Shown piece after piece: positions 30,062-40,126 of a stretch of DNA of 64,000 nt. Made by a program: the position numbers and the translations under genes. Position 1 is the first letter of the stretch; each line of letters starts with the position of its first letter. The DNA comes from an uncultured bacterium (lineage in GTDB: Bacteria; Oederibacteriota; PGYV01; CAWJRG01). Below the pieces are notes generated by a model. The model was not told where the DNA came from. It searched no databases and saw only the letters and a program-made list of their open reading frames with translations. Location of the stretch: contig CAWJRG010000010.1 of the NCBI GenBank assembly GCA_963845185.1, forward strand, positions 224,001-288,000, given 5' to 3'.

Positions 30062-31549
30062 TTACGCGCCTGCCAGGCTTTTCGCCATCACCCTGCGGAA
30101 ATGAAAACCATATATAGCCAGTGTGATAGCTTCTGCCAAAAGTTCTGGTTTTTTAAATGCGGTCCAGAAAACCATTTTCCAGAAATAAATTTTTCCCTCG
30201 CCCCATATACCCATCCGCCATATTGCCTTTACCAGCGCATTTATCTTTACATCAAGCGAAAGCTTTCTTTCAGTGGCCACTTTTTTGTATTCTTTAAGGA
30301 ATGTAATTACCCTGTTATAGTAGTTTTCAGGGGTAAAAATTGTGTTCAGTATTCTTTTGTAGCCTTCTATCAGTTTTTCCTTGTCCATTTTCGGTAAAAA
30401 ATTTATGGTAAAATCCGTATTGCTTCCCGTGGGCATTTTCAATATCCTGCCCGTATCCTGCAGCCTTTGATAAAGTTTTGTCTCGGGCAGCGCGTTTAAA
30501 AGCCCGACCATTGCCGTCACAATGCCGCTTTTCTGGATGAATTTTATCATGTTGTCGAAAGTTTTTGAAGTGTCCGTGTCAAAACCTACTATAAATCCTC
30601 CCTGGACCTGCAGCCCGTTCCGTTGGAGTATCTTTACTTTTTCCTCAAGGTTCTTGCCTGTATTCTGCACCTTGCCGCATGAAAAAAGGCTGTCCTCCTC
30701 GGGTGTTTCGATGCCAACAAAAACCGAATCAAAATTGGCTTTCTGCATCAGCGTCATGAGCTCCTGGTCGTCGGCAAGGTTTATCGACGCTTCTGTATAA
30801 AGAGTGAAAGGCCTTTTCTTTTTCTCCATCCACGTGCCAATTTCCTTTAGTATCAGTTTTACCTTTTCCTTATTACCTATAAAGTTGTCGTCGACTACAA
30901 ACACGCTGCCGCGCCATCCTGAAGCGTATATCGCGTCAAATTCCGCATTTACCTGTGCCGGGGACTTCACCCTCGGTACCCTTCCGTTAATAACTATTAT
31001 GTCACAGAATTCGCAGCTGAAAGGGCAACCCCTGGAAACCTGCATCGCAAGCGAAGCGTAATAATTTGTATTCAAAAGGCTCCAATCCGGCACTGGTGTC
31101 TTTGAAATGTCCGGCCTTTCATTTGAAGAGTATATGAGTTTTACTGCCCCTGTTTCCAAATCCTTTAAAAACATGGGATAAGTAACTTCTCCTTCGTTTA
31201 AAACAAAACAATCGACGTTGCTGAAATCTGTATGCCCTGTCGTAAAAAGCGGCCCGCCCGCAACGACAAATTTGCCGAGCGCTTTTGCTCTGTTTATTAC
31301 TTCCTGCGCGGATTTTTTTTGCACAATCATGCCACTCACATAGACATGATCCGCCCATTTGATATCAGCGTCTTTCAATTTTGTGACGTTTAGGTCGACG
31401 ACTCTCTTTTCCCACTGCGCCGGCATCATTGACGCAAGCGTCAAAAGCCCGAGCGGCGGAAGTGCTGCTCTTTTATTGACAAACGGGAGTGCGTGTTTGA
31501 AACTCCAGAACGTGGCTGGATACTCCGGATAAACCATTAGAACTTTCAT
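30062..31549 (-). CDS. B12-binding radical SAM protein (DUF4070)
   Basis: PPLGLLT, SRGCPFSCEFC, DDNFIGNK, FIVGFD; start set at MKVLMVYP. Confidence 0.92.
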   Translation of the reverse strand: MKVLMVYPEYPATFWSFKHALPFVNKRAALPPLGLLTLASMMPAQWEKRVVDLNVTKLKDADIKWADHVYVSGMIVQKKSAQEVINRAKALGKFVVAGGPLFTTGHTDFSNVDCFVLNEGEVTYPMFLKDLETGAVKLIYSSNERPDISKTPVPDWSLLNTNYYASLAMQVSRGCPFSCEFCDIIVINGRVPRVKSPAQVNAEFDAIYASGWRGSVFVVDDNFIGNKEKVKLILKEIGTWMEKKKRPFTLYTEASINLADDQELMTLMQKANFDSVFVGIETPEEDSLFSCGKVQNTGKNLEEKVKILQRNGLQVQGGFIVGFDTDTSKTFDNMIKFIQKSGIVTAMVGLLNALPETKLYQRLQDTGRILKMPTGSNTDFTINFLPKMDKEKLIEGYKRILNTIFTPENYYNRVITFLKEYKKVATERKLSLDVKINALVKAIWRMGIWGEGKIYFWKMVFWTAFKKPELLAEAITLAIYGFHFRRVMAKSLAGA

Positions 31550-31740
31550 AAAATGCCTCTTTTCCTCCAAGCCTGGTATGCGTGGAAATATAACTAATAT
31601 AAGGTTATCCCCCAGAAACATATTAAACAAGGCTTGTTTCCACTTATAATTGACTTATATCCCGGTTGAATTTGTTGGATTTATATCAGGAATGGAAATT
31701 CGAAAAGCATTTTTCGCGGAATTGAAAACTAATAATTCCT

Positions 31741-33285
31741 TTACTTCCCCTGAATTTTTTTTACTATGTCATATGCAGTCTTATATCCTAACTCTCCTGC
31801 TTTGTTTAAATCTCTGATAGCGCCTTTATTGTCGCCTAATTTATATTTGGCAACCCCGCGGTTATAATAAGCATCCACGGATTTCGGTTCAAGCTCTATT
31901 TCTATGTTAAAATCCTTGATTGCCCCTGTATAGTCACCTAATGCGCCCTTAATCACCCCGCGCTCGACATAAGCCTTTGCATATTCCGGATTCAATTCTA
32001 TGGCCCTGTTAAAATCTTGAATTGCTTCTTTTAAATCGCCTAAATTTTTTTCGGCAACTCCGCGGTTATAATAAGCATCTGCGTATTTAGGGTTAAGTTC
32101 TATTGCCTTGTTAAAATCCTTCATTGCCCCTTTGTTGTGGCCTGATTTGCCCTTGGCAATACCGCGGTTGCTGTAGGCATTCGCGTCCAATGGGTCAATT
32201 TTGATTGTCTTGTCATAATCTATAACAGCGTTCTTTAAGTCGCCAAATTTGCATTTAGCAAGCCCACGGTTTTCATAAGCCGGCACATATTTCGGGTCAA
32301 GTGCAATTGCCGTATCAAAATCTTTAATCGCTTCTTCAAGCCTGTTTAAGTTATATTCGACAATACCGCGCCCGGTGTAAGCTTTCGCATCCTTCGGGTC
32401 AAATTCAATTGCCTTGTCAAAATCTTTGATCGCTTCTTTAAAATCCTTTAAATTGTATTTGGCAATGCCGCGCCCGGTATAGGCTCTCGCGCCCTTCGGG
32501 TCAAACGCTATTGCCTTGTTAAAATCTTCAATAGCACTATTAAGGTCATGTAAATTATATTTGGCAGTTCCGCGGTTGTAATAAGCATCTGCGTTCCTAG
32601 GATCAAACTCTAATAATTTGTCATAATCCCTAACCGCATTATTAAAATCGCGTAGATTTATTTCGGCAAGACCCCTGCCAAAATAAGCCTGCGCATCCGC
32701 AGGGACAAGCTCTATTGCCCTGTCGTAATTAATAATAGCACCTGTATAATTGCCCAATTGATATTTGGCAAATCCACATGTATCAAATGCATAAACAGAC
32801 TTTGGGTCAAGCGTGATTGCTTTGGTGCAATCCTTAATTGCGCCTTTATAGTCGCCCAGGTTGTTTTTGGTTAACGCGCGGCTTGAAAAATTTGCCGAAT
32901 CCTCCGGGTCAAGTTCTATTGCCCTGTTAAAATCCTTGATTGCGCCCGAAAAATCCTTTAACGCATTTTTGGCATTCCCTCGGCCATAGTAGGCTTTTGA
33001 AAGAGACGAGTCTAACTTTATTGCTTTGTTACAGTCTTCAATGGCTCCTTTGTTGTCAATATTGCATTTCGCCCTTCCGCGGTAAGAGTACGCTTCGGCA
33101 TTCTTGGGTTCAAGATCAATTACTTTGTCAAACCATTTTATTGCTTCGTCAAATTTTCCTGAGTCAAATGCAGTTTTACCTTCCGAAAAACATTTATCAG
33201 CATCATTATTATCAGAATAAATAAAAACTCCAAAATAAAATATAAATACAAAAAAAATTGATATATTCAAAATTTTTTTTCCCAT
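31741..33285 (-). CDS. Exported TPR repeat protein
   Basis: About 13 34-aa repeats AYxNRGxAK...AIxDFxKAIELxP; upstream TTGACA-N17-TATACT at 33325-33353. Confidence 0.92.
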   Translation of the reverse strand: MGKKILNISIFFVFIFYFGVFIYSDNNDADKCFSEGKTAFDSGKFDEAIKWFDKVIDLEPKNAEAYSYRGRAKCNIDNKGAIEDCNKAIKLDSSLSKAYYGRGNAKNALKDFSGAIKDFNRAIELDPEDSANFSSRALTKNNLGDYKGAIKDCTKAITLDPKSVYAFDTCGFAKYQLGNYTGAIINYDRAIELVPADAQAYFGRGLAEINLRDFNNAVRDYDKLLEFDPRNADAYYNRGTAKYNLHDLNSAIEDFNKAIAFDPKGARAYTGRGIAKYNLKDFKEAIKDFDKAIEFDPKDAKAYTGRGIVEYNLNRLEEAIKDFDTAIALDPKYVPAYENRGLAKCKFGDLKNAVIDYDKTIKIDPLDANAYSNRGIAKGKSGHNKGAMKDFNKAIELNPKYADAYYNRGVAEKNLGDLKEAIQDFNRAIELNPEYAKAYVERGVIKGALGDYTGAIKDFNIEIELEPKSVDAYYNRGVAKYKLGDNKGAIRDLNKAGELGYKTAYDIVKKIQGK

Positions 33286-33379
33286 GAAGCCTCCGCCTGA
33301 AATTAAAAACAATAACCAATTATTAGTATAACTCCTGTTTATGGGCCTGTCAATGATGAGCGCTGAATTATATTAACTC

Positions 33380-33443
33380 AAAAAAAAGAGGCAGGCCAAG
33401 GGAGTTGGAGGGGAATAAATGGGGGGGGTAAATGGCCTGCCCC
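33380..33443 (-). terminator. Hairpin with a large C-rich loop and U-tail, copy 1 (3' of the YHS gene)
   Basis: GGGGCAGGCC-[ATTTACCCCCCCCATTTATTCCCCTCCAACTCCCTT]-GGCCTGCCTC-T8. Confidence 0.7.
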
Positions 33444-33462
33444 AGGTGTTTCTACTCTATGT

Positions 33463-33948
33463 TTACTTTACATATTTATCTGGATTGTTTGCGAACTCGT
33501 CTATGCACTGATTGCAGCAAACGTAATATGTTTTGCCTTTATAGGCAAGCACTGCAGTAGCGTCTTTCTTTTTTAGTTTTTTTCCCATGACAGGGCACTG
33601 TACCATGTCATTTGGGTTTCCTTCAAGCTTTGCCTCGGTCACTCCATTTTTTGGAGTGATAGCCCCTGCTTTCTTTCCACAGCAGAATTTCGTGAATTTG
33701 GCGCCTTTTTCCTGTATCTCTTTGATTGTTGCTTTGTCCGCTGATGTCACCAGCACCTGAATGCCGTCTTTCGTGTTCACAACCTTTACTGTTGCACCCT
33801 TAACGCAAAATGGGCAGTTGCAGTTATCCATCATTTTACATTGGCCGCCGTTTTTCATATCTTTCATGTCGCTGCAGGCCGCATATATGCCAGATGTGGC
33901 GATCGCTGTGATTACTGTAAAAAATAGAATCATTATCGACTTTTTCAT
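33463..33948 (-). CDS. Exported Cys/Met-rich YHS-domain protein
   Basis: Signal peptide; CKMMDNCNCPFC; C-terminal CPVMG...YKGKTYYVCCNQC...F..NPDKY. Confidence 0.85.
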   Translation of the reverse strand: MKKSIMILFFTVITAIATSGIYAACSDMKDMKNGGQCKMMDNCNCPFCVKGATVKVVNTKDGIQVLVTSADKATIKEIQEKGAKFTKFCCGKKAGAITPKNGVTEAKLEGNPNDMVQCPVMGKKLKKKDATAVLAYKGKTYYVCCNQCIDEFANNPDKYVK

Positions 33949-34068
33949 TTATTTCACCTCCTTTCATGTTATTCATTTGTTATTCACTTTATAGTTCATT
34001 TTACTTTACTTCTTTATTTGCGCATTCAACGAATCCGCTAACAATGTTGCGGAAATCTTTTTTATTTT

Positions 34069-34332
34069 TCATCCTCCAATCATTTTAATGGATTTTAGTA
34101 ATTCCGGCCATTTAACAACGGCAATCACGGCAATGACAATTATATAAGCCGTACCGAGTATGATGCCGGCATATGCGAATTTTTTCCCGCTTTTTCCCTC
34201 ATAAAATATTTCTCTTAATCCCAACCATCCCGCTATTATCGCGATTACGGCTTTTTCAATACCAAAAAAATGTACAAATGACAAAATCCCGATGACAAGA
34301 CTCAATACTGCTATCTTACTTTTGTTGTTCAT
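34069..34332 (-). CDS. Small membrane protein (DUF4190-like)
   Basis: AVLSLVIGILS...GKKFAYAGIILG; GGAGG SD. Confidence 0.7.
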   Translation of the reverse strand: MNNKSKIAVLSLVIGILSFVHFFGIEKAVIAIIAGWLGLREIFYEGKSGKKFAYAGIILGTAYIIVIAVIAVVKWPELLKSIKMIGG

Positions 34333-34852
34333 GTATATTCCCTCCCTGCATGCATTTATTTTCACAGTTTTTATTCTTGCAGCACTGGCAAAGCATCATG
34401 CCGCATTTGTCGCAAAAATCTGAAAAATTTAGAGGCGCTAAAATCTTCTGGCCTGCGTTGTTGAAAAATGACGCTTGTGCAATATCCAGCGCCTGTTTTT
34501 GCGCCCCAGCGTTATTAATTCCGTATATTCTGGGCGATGCAATTAGTAAAAAAGTAAACATGACTATCAAAGCCGACAACGCAACAGGCACAGGCAACCA
34601 TTTAAACAAAGGAAACATAATTTTTTCAGGTTGTATTGCGCTAGCTTTTTCATTGAATTTGCTTCTGAAATAATTTGACGGTTCAATATCTTTTATAGAC
34701 TTTAAAATTTCCACCTGGCTCAAAAACAGTTTATACTCTTTATTGCACTCCTGGCAGCCTGAAATATGTTGCCATATTGCCTCTTTTTCCGTCTCTTTTA
34801 CTTCACCATCTATAAAAGTTGACATCTTTTTCCTTGCTTCATTATGTTCCAT
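34316..34852 (-). CDS. zf-HC2 anti-sigma factor with a Cys-rich C-terminus
   Basis: HISGCQEC; TM helix; tail CDKCGMMLCQCCKNKNCENKC. Confidence 0.85.
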   Translation of the reverse strand: MEHNEARKKMSTFIDGEVKETEKEAIWQHISGCQECNKEYKLFLSQVEILKSIKDIEPSNYFRSKFNEKASAIQPEKIMFPLFKWLPVPVALSALIVMFTFLLIASPRIYGINNAGAQKQALDIAQASFFNNAGQKILAPLNFSDFCDKCGMMLCQCCKNKNCENKCMQGGNIHEQQK

Positions 34853-34986
34853 AATTTTACCTCTTTTTTTATTCTCACTTATATAAACGCAATTGGAACG
34901 AAAAACTTGCGGTAAATTTTGTTATGATCCCGTTTTTAATTTTAGTATGAATGAAAGGGCTTGAAAAAAAGAAAAATATATGCTTT

Positions 34987-35574
34987 TTATAAGTTTTTAT
35001 CTGTTTTTACTAATATCTTTTTTAGTTCCTGCCTTGCCCTGAAAAGTAATGATTCGACTGATGGGACGGTAACTTCCATTATTCTTGATATTTCTTCGTA
35101 GGACTTTTCCTCGTAAATCCTGAGAATAACAGCTATTCTCTGGCTTTCAGGAAGCGATGCCAGCGCCTTTTTTACTGTTTCCTCTGTTTCCCTTTCTTCA
35201 AGTGATTTATCGGCAGATGCTGATTTGTCCTCCACATCCATTAATATCTTGCTGTCTTCGCCTTTTGTTGTTTTGCCCGCTCCAAAATCCCTATGCATTG
35301 ACGTGTCCCTCCTTATTTTCCTTTTATAATCAATGCATACATTTGTCGCGATTTTGTAAAGCCATGTTGAAAACTTGGCGTTTGGCAGGTAATTTTTTGC
35401 TGCTTTATAAACGCGCAAAAATACTTCCTGTGCAAGATCTTCCGAGCTATTTTTATCCCATGTAAAGCGATAGGCAAAATTAATTATAGGTTTTTCATAT
35501 TTATCCATTATTTTATCAAAAGCGGATTTGTCCCCGTTTTTAAATTCCAGCATTATTTTTATATCTTCATCCAA
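34987..35574 (-). CDS. ECF sigma-70 family RNA polymerase sigma factor
   Basis: EDLAQEVF, FSTWLYKIATN, SYEEIS...SVESLLFRAR; TTG start after GGAGG. Confidence 0.95.
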   Translation of the reverse strand: MDEDIKIMLEFKNGDKSAFDKIMDKYEKPIINFAYRFTWDKNSSEDLAQEVFLRVYKAAKNYLPNAKFSTWLYKIATNVCIDYKRKIRRDTSMHRDFGAGKTTKGEDSKILMDVEDKSASADKSLEERETEETVKKALASLPESQRIAVILRIYEEKSYEEISRIMEVTVPSVESLLFRARQELKKILVKTDKNL

Positions 35575-35647
35575 GCCGAAATCCCTCCTTTAATATGCAG
35601 TTTTTAATTCATACCGTTTTGCAATTAAGTATGGCAATTATACTAAT

Positions 35648-35707
35648 AAAAAAGGGGGGCAGGCCAAGGGGGGTTTGGAGGGGAATGGGGGATAAAGGCC
35701 TGCCCCC
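35648..35707 (-). ncRNA. Hairpin with C-rich loop and U-tail, copy 2; candidate small RNA or attenuator
   Basis: GGGGGCAGGCC-[TTTATCCCCCATTCCCCTCCAAACCCCCCTT]-GGCCTGCCCCC then a T-run, ~40 nt downstream of an ECF-like promoter. Confidence 0.5.
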
Positions 35708-35747
35708 ACATTAAAATTATATTCTGATAACTTTATTTATTTACATA

Positions 35748-35776
35748 TTAGACGTTTCTGCACCCTGATTAGTTCA
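35748..35776 (-). promoter_or_regulatory. ECF-like promoter TGAAC-N17-CGTCTAA
   Basis: Minus strand TGAACTAATCAGGGTGCAGAAACGTCTAA. Confidence 0.45.
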
Positions 35777-35989
35777 TATATAATTATGGTTTTTTATTTT
35801 TCACTCCTTACTTTCAACCTAATATAATCAATATAATTTATTTCTTTTGTCTTCGGGAGTTTTCTCCATTTATAAATCTTACCTCCAAGTAAGATTTATC
35901 ACCACTTCACTGATAATACAATATCAAATTTATCTTATTTCGTCAAGTATTTTTTTATTGTTGTTAAAACTGCTCAATAGTTGCAAAAA

Positions 35990-36298
35990 TTATCCCCATT
36001 TATTTTCTCCTTTTTCAATATTAAGTTCTCTAGTTAAAAACATACTACCGTCAGAATCTTTTTTTTCCTGTTGCGGGTTTATTGCACCCTTTAACCTTAT
36101 TATTACACCGTCTTTTGCCCCTGGCAGAGCGTCAGTCAGGCTCTTTATCAATTTCTTTGTCTTTTCAGAACTTAAATAAATATTGGGAGTATCAGGAAGC
36201 ACCAAGAATGATGTGGGTTTTAAAATAAAAATATCAACTTCCAAATCCACCATTGCCCTATCCACCTTTTCCTTTTTTACCGACTTTATATTTTTCAC
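35990..36298 (-). CDS. Hypothetical protein, paralog of 36317..36625
   Basis: Shared VDLxxxIFIxKP...IxxKGxINP pattern. Confidence 0.65.
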   Translation of the reverse strand: MKNIKSVKKEKVDRAMVDLEVDIFILKPTSFLVLPDTPNIYLSSEKTKKLIKSLTDALPGAKDGVIIRLKGAINPQQEKKDSDGSMFLTRELNIEKGENKWG

Positions 36299-36316
36299 AG
36301 CATTACCTTCATTTGC

Positions 36317-36625
36317 TTACTCTTCACCTTTCATTTCCTCCATAATAATAAAGCTATAATCTTCTGCAGTCTCTTTCTTCGGATTTATTTCACCTTTGAT
36401 ATTTATCCTTACGAAGTCTTCAGAACCCGCAACAGCTCGCGAAAATTCGTCTTGAAATTTTTTTGCTTTTCTTTTTGAAATTATTATCATAGGATACTCA
36501 GCAATACTTGTCTGCGTGCTTGGCTTTTTAATAAAAATGTTTAAATTGAGGTCCACTCCGTTTTCGGGAATGCTATCTTTTGTTTTGCTTTTAAAAAACA
36601 TTTTTTTTATTTTTTCAAACATCAT
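36317..36625 (-). CDS. Hypothetical protein, paralog of 35990..36298
   Basis: Same pattern; start overlaps the upstream stop codon. Confidence 0.65.
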   Translation of the reverse strand: MMFEKIKKMFFKSKTKDSIPENGVDLNLNIFIKKPSTQTSIAEYPMIIISKRKAKKFQDEFSRAVAGSEDFVRINIKGEINPKKETAEDYSFIIMEEMKGEE

Positions 36626-36948
36626 CCACCGCCACTTTCTTGGTTTTCAAAAATCCTTTTTATTTCACTTACCACCTTCTGTCTTTCATAATTTTTCATC
36701 TTTTCTGCATAATATATCGCTACATTTAAAATCCCTGTGCCATGGCACTGTTTTGCCCATGTAATTTTCTTGTCGCTTGTTTCTATCTCGGTCCTCGGCT
36801 TTTCCGATTCTCCTATATCAATAAGGTAATACTTGTTGTCTTCACGAATATCTTTACATAGCATTGCATAAACGGCAGGTTTGTCATAAACCATTTTTGT
36901 TGAAGGGAAAGGTCCCTCAAAAGAATAATTTCCGAATTTTATTGTCAT
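36622..36948 (-). CDS. Hypothetical protein with a GIY-YIG-like motif
   Basis: PAVYAML...LIDIGES; strong SD. Confidence 0.55.
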   Translation of the reverse strand: MTIKFGNYSFEGPFPSTKMVYDKPAVYAMLCKDIREDNKYYLIDIGESEKPRTEIETSDKKITWAKQCHGTGILNVAIYYAEKMKNYERQKVVSEIKRIFENQESGGG

Positions 36949-37004
36949 AAATCTCCTTTCATTAATTCAAATTATTATATAACAAAACCACAAAATATTG
37001 AAGT

Positions 37005-38691
37005 TCAAACTGTACTTTTATTTATTATCATTTCTTTTTGTAGTTCTTTTCCTGCAAAATCTTTCTGTACAAATATCTTTTCACTGGTAAATGGGTCTAC
37101 GCCGGTATAATACATAAACGACGACCAAGTTGACGGTGACGGCGTAAAAATCTGGGCTTGTTCCGGATTTATATGCAACTCTCTTATAATAAATTTTCTA
37201 AGTTCTTTCATTTCATCCATGCCGCATCCGGGATGCGCCGCCATCAAATAATAAGTCAAAAACTGTTTCTTACAGGCCTTTTTATTTGCTTTTTCAAATT
37301 CATTTTTAAACCGTAAAAGCGCCCCTGCGTCCGGTTTATTCATAAGGTTCAATACTTTATCATTCGTATGTTCTGGTGCTATCTTAAGCTGACCCGATAT
37401 ATGGCCGGCAGTTATTTCCTCTATGTATTCTATTCCATATTCTTTGTCGTCAAGCACAAGGTCGTAACGTATTCCGGACGCAACAAATACTTTTTTTATC
37501 CCTTTTATTTTTACTGTTTTTCTTAAAAGTTCAATTTGTTTTTTATGGCTTATTTTTAGATTTTTACAGGCTCTAGGGGACATGCATTTTTTATTTTTAC
37601 ATATATTTTCCTTGCCGCAATACATTCCGTACATATTTGCCGTTGGCCCTCCCATGTCAAGTATATAGCCTTTAAAATCCGGCAGCTTGGATATTATTTT
37701 CTACCTCATTCAGTATTGATTCCTCGCTTCTCGAAATTATTTTTCTACCCTGATGAATTGCTATTGAACAAAAATTACATTCGCCAAAACATCCCCTGTG
37801 TGTTGTTATGGAAAACCTAATAGTATCCATGGCAGCTATCCTGCCTTGTTTTTTGTAATAAGGATGAGCGTCCCTTTCGTAATCAAGGCCGTAAATTTCG
37901 TCAAGTTTCTTTTGTGTGAGGTAATAAGCCGGCGGGTTCTGGATTAAATACCTAGTGTCCTGCTTTTGAATAATACCATTCGCGAAATCAGGCTCGTTAT
38001 TTTCATAAAATTTAATAAACATATCCAAAAAATTTTTCTTGTCGGATTTTACCTCTTCAAAGGATGGCAATTCAATATATCCTTGCTTTTTTTGAGCCGA
38101 AATATAGCATATTCCCCTAGCGTTGTTTACGTTCATATTGTTTTTTAATCTACCTGCTAGTTCAATGACAGCCTTTTCCCCCATGCCGTAAATCAGGTAA
38201 TCCGCTTTTGCGTCGAATAAAATGGATTTCCTTATGCCATCAGACTGGAAATCGTAATGCGCTATGCGCCTCAGGCTTGCTTCTATGCCGCCCAGCACAA
38301 TTGGTTTTGTTTTCTTAAAATACTGTCTTATAAGGTTTGAATAAACTATTACTGCCCTGTCCGGCCTTCTAGTATTGCGTCCCCCCGGTGTAAAATCATC
38401 ACTTTTACGTCGTTTATTTAAAGGCGTAAAATTTGTGATCATTGAATCGACACAGCCGGCAGTTACTCCCCAAAAAAGTTTCGGTTCCCCAAGCCGCATT
38501 ATATCATTCCCGTTTTTTATATCCGGCTGTCCTATTATTCCAGTTTTATAACCCGCCTCCAAAAGGACTTTGCCTATGATTGAAACGCCCGAATATGGGC
38601 TGTCGATATAGGCATCACCTGTTACAAGTATGACGTCAAGGTAATCCCACTTTAATTTTTGCAATTCTTCCTTTACGGTAGGTAAAAACAC
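37005..38691 (-). CDS. YgiQ-family radical SAM protein, split by a frameshift near 37700
   Basis: TGDAYIDSP, GGIEASLRR, HRGCFGECNFC; removing one base at 37697-37700 gives EVEIISKLPDFKGYILDMGGPTANM and joins the second ORF. Confidence 0.9.
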
Positions 38692-38709
38692 TTTGCCCTC
38701 ATTTTTATA

Positions 38710-40092
38710 TCAGCTTTTGTATTCCAGCTTTGACATTGTCTCAATATGGTAGGTGTGTGGAAAAAGGTCAAGGGCCGTTATTTCTTTCACGGAATACATT
38801 TCCTTTAAATCGCCCAGATCCCTCGCGAACGTCGCAGGGTCACAGGAAATATAAATGATGTTTTTGATTTTATGTTTTTTTATGGCCTCTATTGTGCCTT
38901 GAGCCAAGCCTTTTCTCGGCGGGTCAAGTATCAGCGTGCTCGCCGTGTTTCTTTTAAAAACATCGTCTATTATTTGTTCGGCATCGGCGTTGATAACTTC
39001 CGTATTTTTTATATCGTTCCTTTTTATGATTTCATTAAGCATATCAATACTGTTTTTGTTGATTTCCACTATGATTATTTTTTTTAATTTTTTGTAAAAC
39101 GGCAGCGAAAGTGTTCCGACCCCGCCGTAAAGGTCTACCACCACATCACCTTCGTTTATATACTTCTCGATAAAACCCGTCATATTCTCCAGCATGTCGG
39201 TGTTTACCTGAAAAAAGGTATCCGAACCAAGCAGGTATTCTATGCCTTTAAACTTTTTGCTTATATAACTTTCCCCCCACAAAACAATTTCTTTTTCGCC
39301 GAATATCCTGTTGCCTTTTGCCTTGTTTATGTTGGCAATTATCCCTTTAATTCCTGGTATTTTTTCCCTCATATATTTTACAAGCCCCTGCATAAAAAAG
39401 TATTTTGCCGGCTCTTCTGTGACAACAAAAGTAATCAGGCTTTCGCCCTGTCTGTTTACCCTGACCGTTATATACCGTAAAAAACCCTCTTCTTTATTTT
39501 CGTTATATACAGAAATATCTTCCTTGTGCTTTAAATAAATTTTAATATGATCTATTATATCGTTGATTTTCTCGTTTATTATATAGCACCTGTGTATATC
39601 CACCACTTCATGCGTATCTGCCTTGTAAAATCCTACTGACAAACTGCCGTTTTCAAGCAAAACTTTATACTGCGCTCTGTTCCTATAGAAAAATGGGCTT
39701 TTATAGGTTATTATTTTTTCCGCTTTTACCCCGCTGGTTTTCGCTATTTTATCGAGCATGCTGTTTAAAATCTTCAGTTTATATTTCGCTTGGGCTGTAT
39801 AAATTACGTTTAGCCAGTGGCAGCCTCCGCATATGGTAAAATGCGGGCACATTGCTTTTGTGTGAAGTGGAGATTTTGTCAGGACTTCTTTTATGCGTGC
39901 TACTGCAAAATTCTTTTTTAAATCCGTAATTTTTGCTTTTACACTGTCGCCCGGCACACCGTAAGGCACAAATATCGTAAAACCTTTATTTTTTGCCACA
40001 CCTTTGCCTTCGTATGCCAGGTCTTCAATGGAAACAACTACCTCCTGGCCCTCAGCTAAATTAACCGTGCTCTCATTTTTTTTCAAACTCAA
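38710..40092 (-). CDS. rlmD: 23S rRNA m5U1939 methyltransferase
   Basis: TRAM domain, CPHFTICGGC, FFQVN, LDPPRKG, YISCDPATFARD, FPHTYHIE. Confidence 0.93.
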   Translation of the reverse strand: MSLKKNESTVNLAEGQEVVVSIEDLAYEGKGVAKNKGFTIFVPYGVPGDSVKAKITDLKKNFAVARIKEVLTKSPLHTKAMCPHFTICGGCHWLNVIYTAQAKYKLKILNSMLDKIAKTSGVKAEKIITYKSPFFYRNRAQYKVLLENGSLSVGFYKADTHEVVDIHRCYIINEKINDIIDHIKIYLKHKEDISVYNENKEEGFLRYITVRVNRQGESLITFVVTEEPAKYFFMQGLVKYMREKIPGIKGIIANINKAKGNRIFGEKEIVLWGESYISKKFKGIEYLLGSDTFFQVNTDMLENMTGFIEKYINEGDVVVDLYGGVGTLSLPFYKKLKKIIIVEINKNSIDMLNEIIKRNDIKNTEVINADAEQIIDDVFKRNTASTLILDPPRKGLAQGTIEAIKKHKIKNIIYISCDPATFARDLGDLKEMYSVKEITALDLFPHTYHIETMSKLEYKS

Positions 40093-40126
40093 TTCAGGCC
40101 TGCCTTTCTTAAATTTATAATCTTGA

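Noticed and set aside
27499..33285. DNA repeats in the beta-propeller and TPR genes (also NHL gene 59030-60037) as CRISPR or satellite arrays
   Set aside because: They are degenerate in-frame protein repeats without unique spacers or cas genes.
34026..34063. CCGCAAC..CGTTGA as another ECF promoter
   Set aside because: The spacer is only 14 nt and the sequence is better explained as a hairpin next to a T-run.
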